A stretch of 32,483 nt of DNA, from the NCBI GenBank assembly GCA_043742085.1, contig JAYTZB010000309.1, forward strand, positions 1 through 32,483, given 5' to 3'. Source of the DNA: Polyangiaceae bacterium. Lineage in GTDB: Bacteria > Myxococcota_A > Polyangia > Polyangiales > Polyangiaceae. Of this stretch, positions 31,605-32,483 are shown one piece after another; position 1 is the first letter of the stretch; each line of letters opens with the position of its first letter. The notes beneath the pieces were generated by a model, which had not been told where the DNA came from, made no database searches, and saw nothing but the letters and a program-made list of their open reading frames with translations. Both the position numbers and the translations under genes were made by a program.

Positions 31605-32483
31605 ATGCGCGTCGAGACGATCAGGACCTACGAATCGAAGCTCCCCGAGCACGATCCGCACCCGTACCGGACGGGCGCGTGGGCGCCGAACAACGTCGAG
31701 GTCGATGCGTGGGATCTCGACGTCGTCGCCGGCGAGATCCCCGGCGACCTCCGGGGCATCTATCTCCGCAACACCGAGAACCCGCTCTTCGATGCCATCA
31801 CGGGGCGCTATCACCCGTTCGACGGCGACGGGATGCTGCACGCGATCCGCTTCGAAGGCGGCGGCACCGGCGGTGGCAGCAAGGCCAGCTATCGCAATCG
31901 ATTCGTGAGGACCGCGGGCCTGCTCGCCGAGCTCGAGGCGAAGACCGCGCTCTGGGCCGGAATCCTCGAGACGCCCGACCTCTCGCAGCGTGACGGCTGG
32001 GGCGCGCGCACGCGCATGAAGGACGCGTCGAGCACCGACGTCATCGTGCACAACGGGCTCGCGCTCACCACCTTCTACCAGTGCGGCGACGGCTATCTCG
32101 TGGACCCGGTGACGCTGGAGCCGCGCGGGGTGGCAGCGCTGCACCACCCCAGCTTCGCCAAGGGAGCGACGGTCTCCGCGCACCCCAAGGTCGACGAGGC
32201 GAATGGTGAATTGCTGTTCTTCAACTATTCGACGGAAGCGCCGTATTGCCATGTCGGCATCTGCGACAAGGCCGGTGCGCTGCTGCGGACCATTCCTGTG
32301 GAGCTGCCGGGAGCGCGCTTGCCGCACGACATGGCATTCACGGAGCGCTTTGCCATCATCGGAGATTTTCCGCTGTTCTGGGATCCCGAGCGGCTGGCGA
32401 AGGGCGCTTATCGACCGAAGTACCGTCCCGAGCTCGGCTCGCGCTTCGGTCTCGTGCCGCGAGACGGGAAAGGCGCCATCCGG
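31605..32483 (+). CDS. Carotenoid oxygenase / RPE65-family dioxygenase (runs off window end; not in ORF track)
   Basis: Own translation: MRVETIRTYESKLPEHDPHPYRTGAWAP...GEIPGDLRGIYLRNTENP...YHPFDGDGMLHAIRF...YRNRFVRT...SAHPKVD...LPHDMAFT. Confidence 0.92.
   Translation, partial: MRVETIRTYESKLPEHDPHPYRTGAWAPNNVEVDAWDLDVVAGEIPGDLRGIYLRNTENPLFDAITGRYHPFDGDGMLHAIRFEGGGTGGGSKASYRNRFVRTAGLLAELEAKTALWAGILETPDLSQRDGWGARTRMKDASSTDVIVHNGLALTTFYQCGDGYLVDPVTLEPRGVAALHHPSFAKGATVSAHPKVDEANGELLFFNYSTEAPYCHVGICDKAGALLRTIPVELPGARLPHDMAFTERFAIIGDFPLFWDPERLAKGAYRPKYRPELGSRFGLVPRDGKGAIR

Noticed and set aside
1-32483. CRISPR arrays, tRNA/rRNA genes, IS elements, integrases
   Set aside because: No regularly spaced repeats, RNA-gene signatures, transposase motifs or terminal inverted repeats were seen; intergenic gaps are short.
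24694-32483. Biosynthetic gene cluster around the P450, prolyl oligopeptidase and carotenoid oxygenase
   Set aside because: No scaffold synthase or precursor peptide is visible, the oligopeptidase is exported, and the genes are in conflicting orientations.

Overview
High-GC (roughly 70% by eye), gene-dense bacterial DNA. Several features point to a myxobacterium, probably Polyangiales/Labilithrix-like (inference): a MYXO-CTERM-type protease tail, an AgmX/PglI-type C-terminal domain, a DWG-type Ser/Thr kinase, many Cys-lipoproteins and sigma54-like promoters. About 29 CDS are supported. I saw no rRNA, tRNA, CRISPR array or mobile element. Recognisable products are a partial class III cyclase-like protein, parvulin PPIase, L,D-transpeptidase, S1 protease, GSP26/PNPOx-like protein, kinase-cNMP fusion, bactofilin, Thg1-like protein, PIN nuclease, LysR/pirin pair, prolyl oligopeptidase, cytochrome P450, a Beta_propel-type lipoprotein and a partial carotenoid oxygenase. 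The best candidate for an undescribed system is 12175-21018. There a tight operon encodes a predicted outer-membrane beta-barrel, a 973-aa disulfide-rich lipoprotein of unknown family and a 1164-aa metzincin lipoprotein. It lies head-to-head with a second predicted barrel across a palindrome-rich intergenic region. Many start codons were revised from the ORF track. All family calls come from motifs read by eye, not from database searches.
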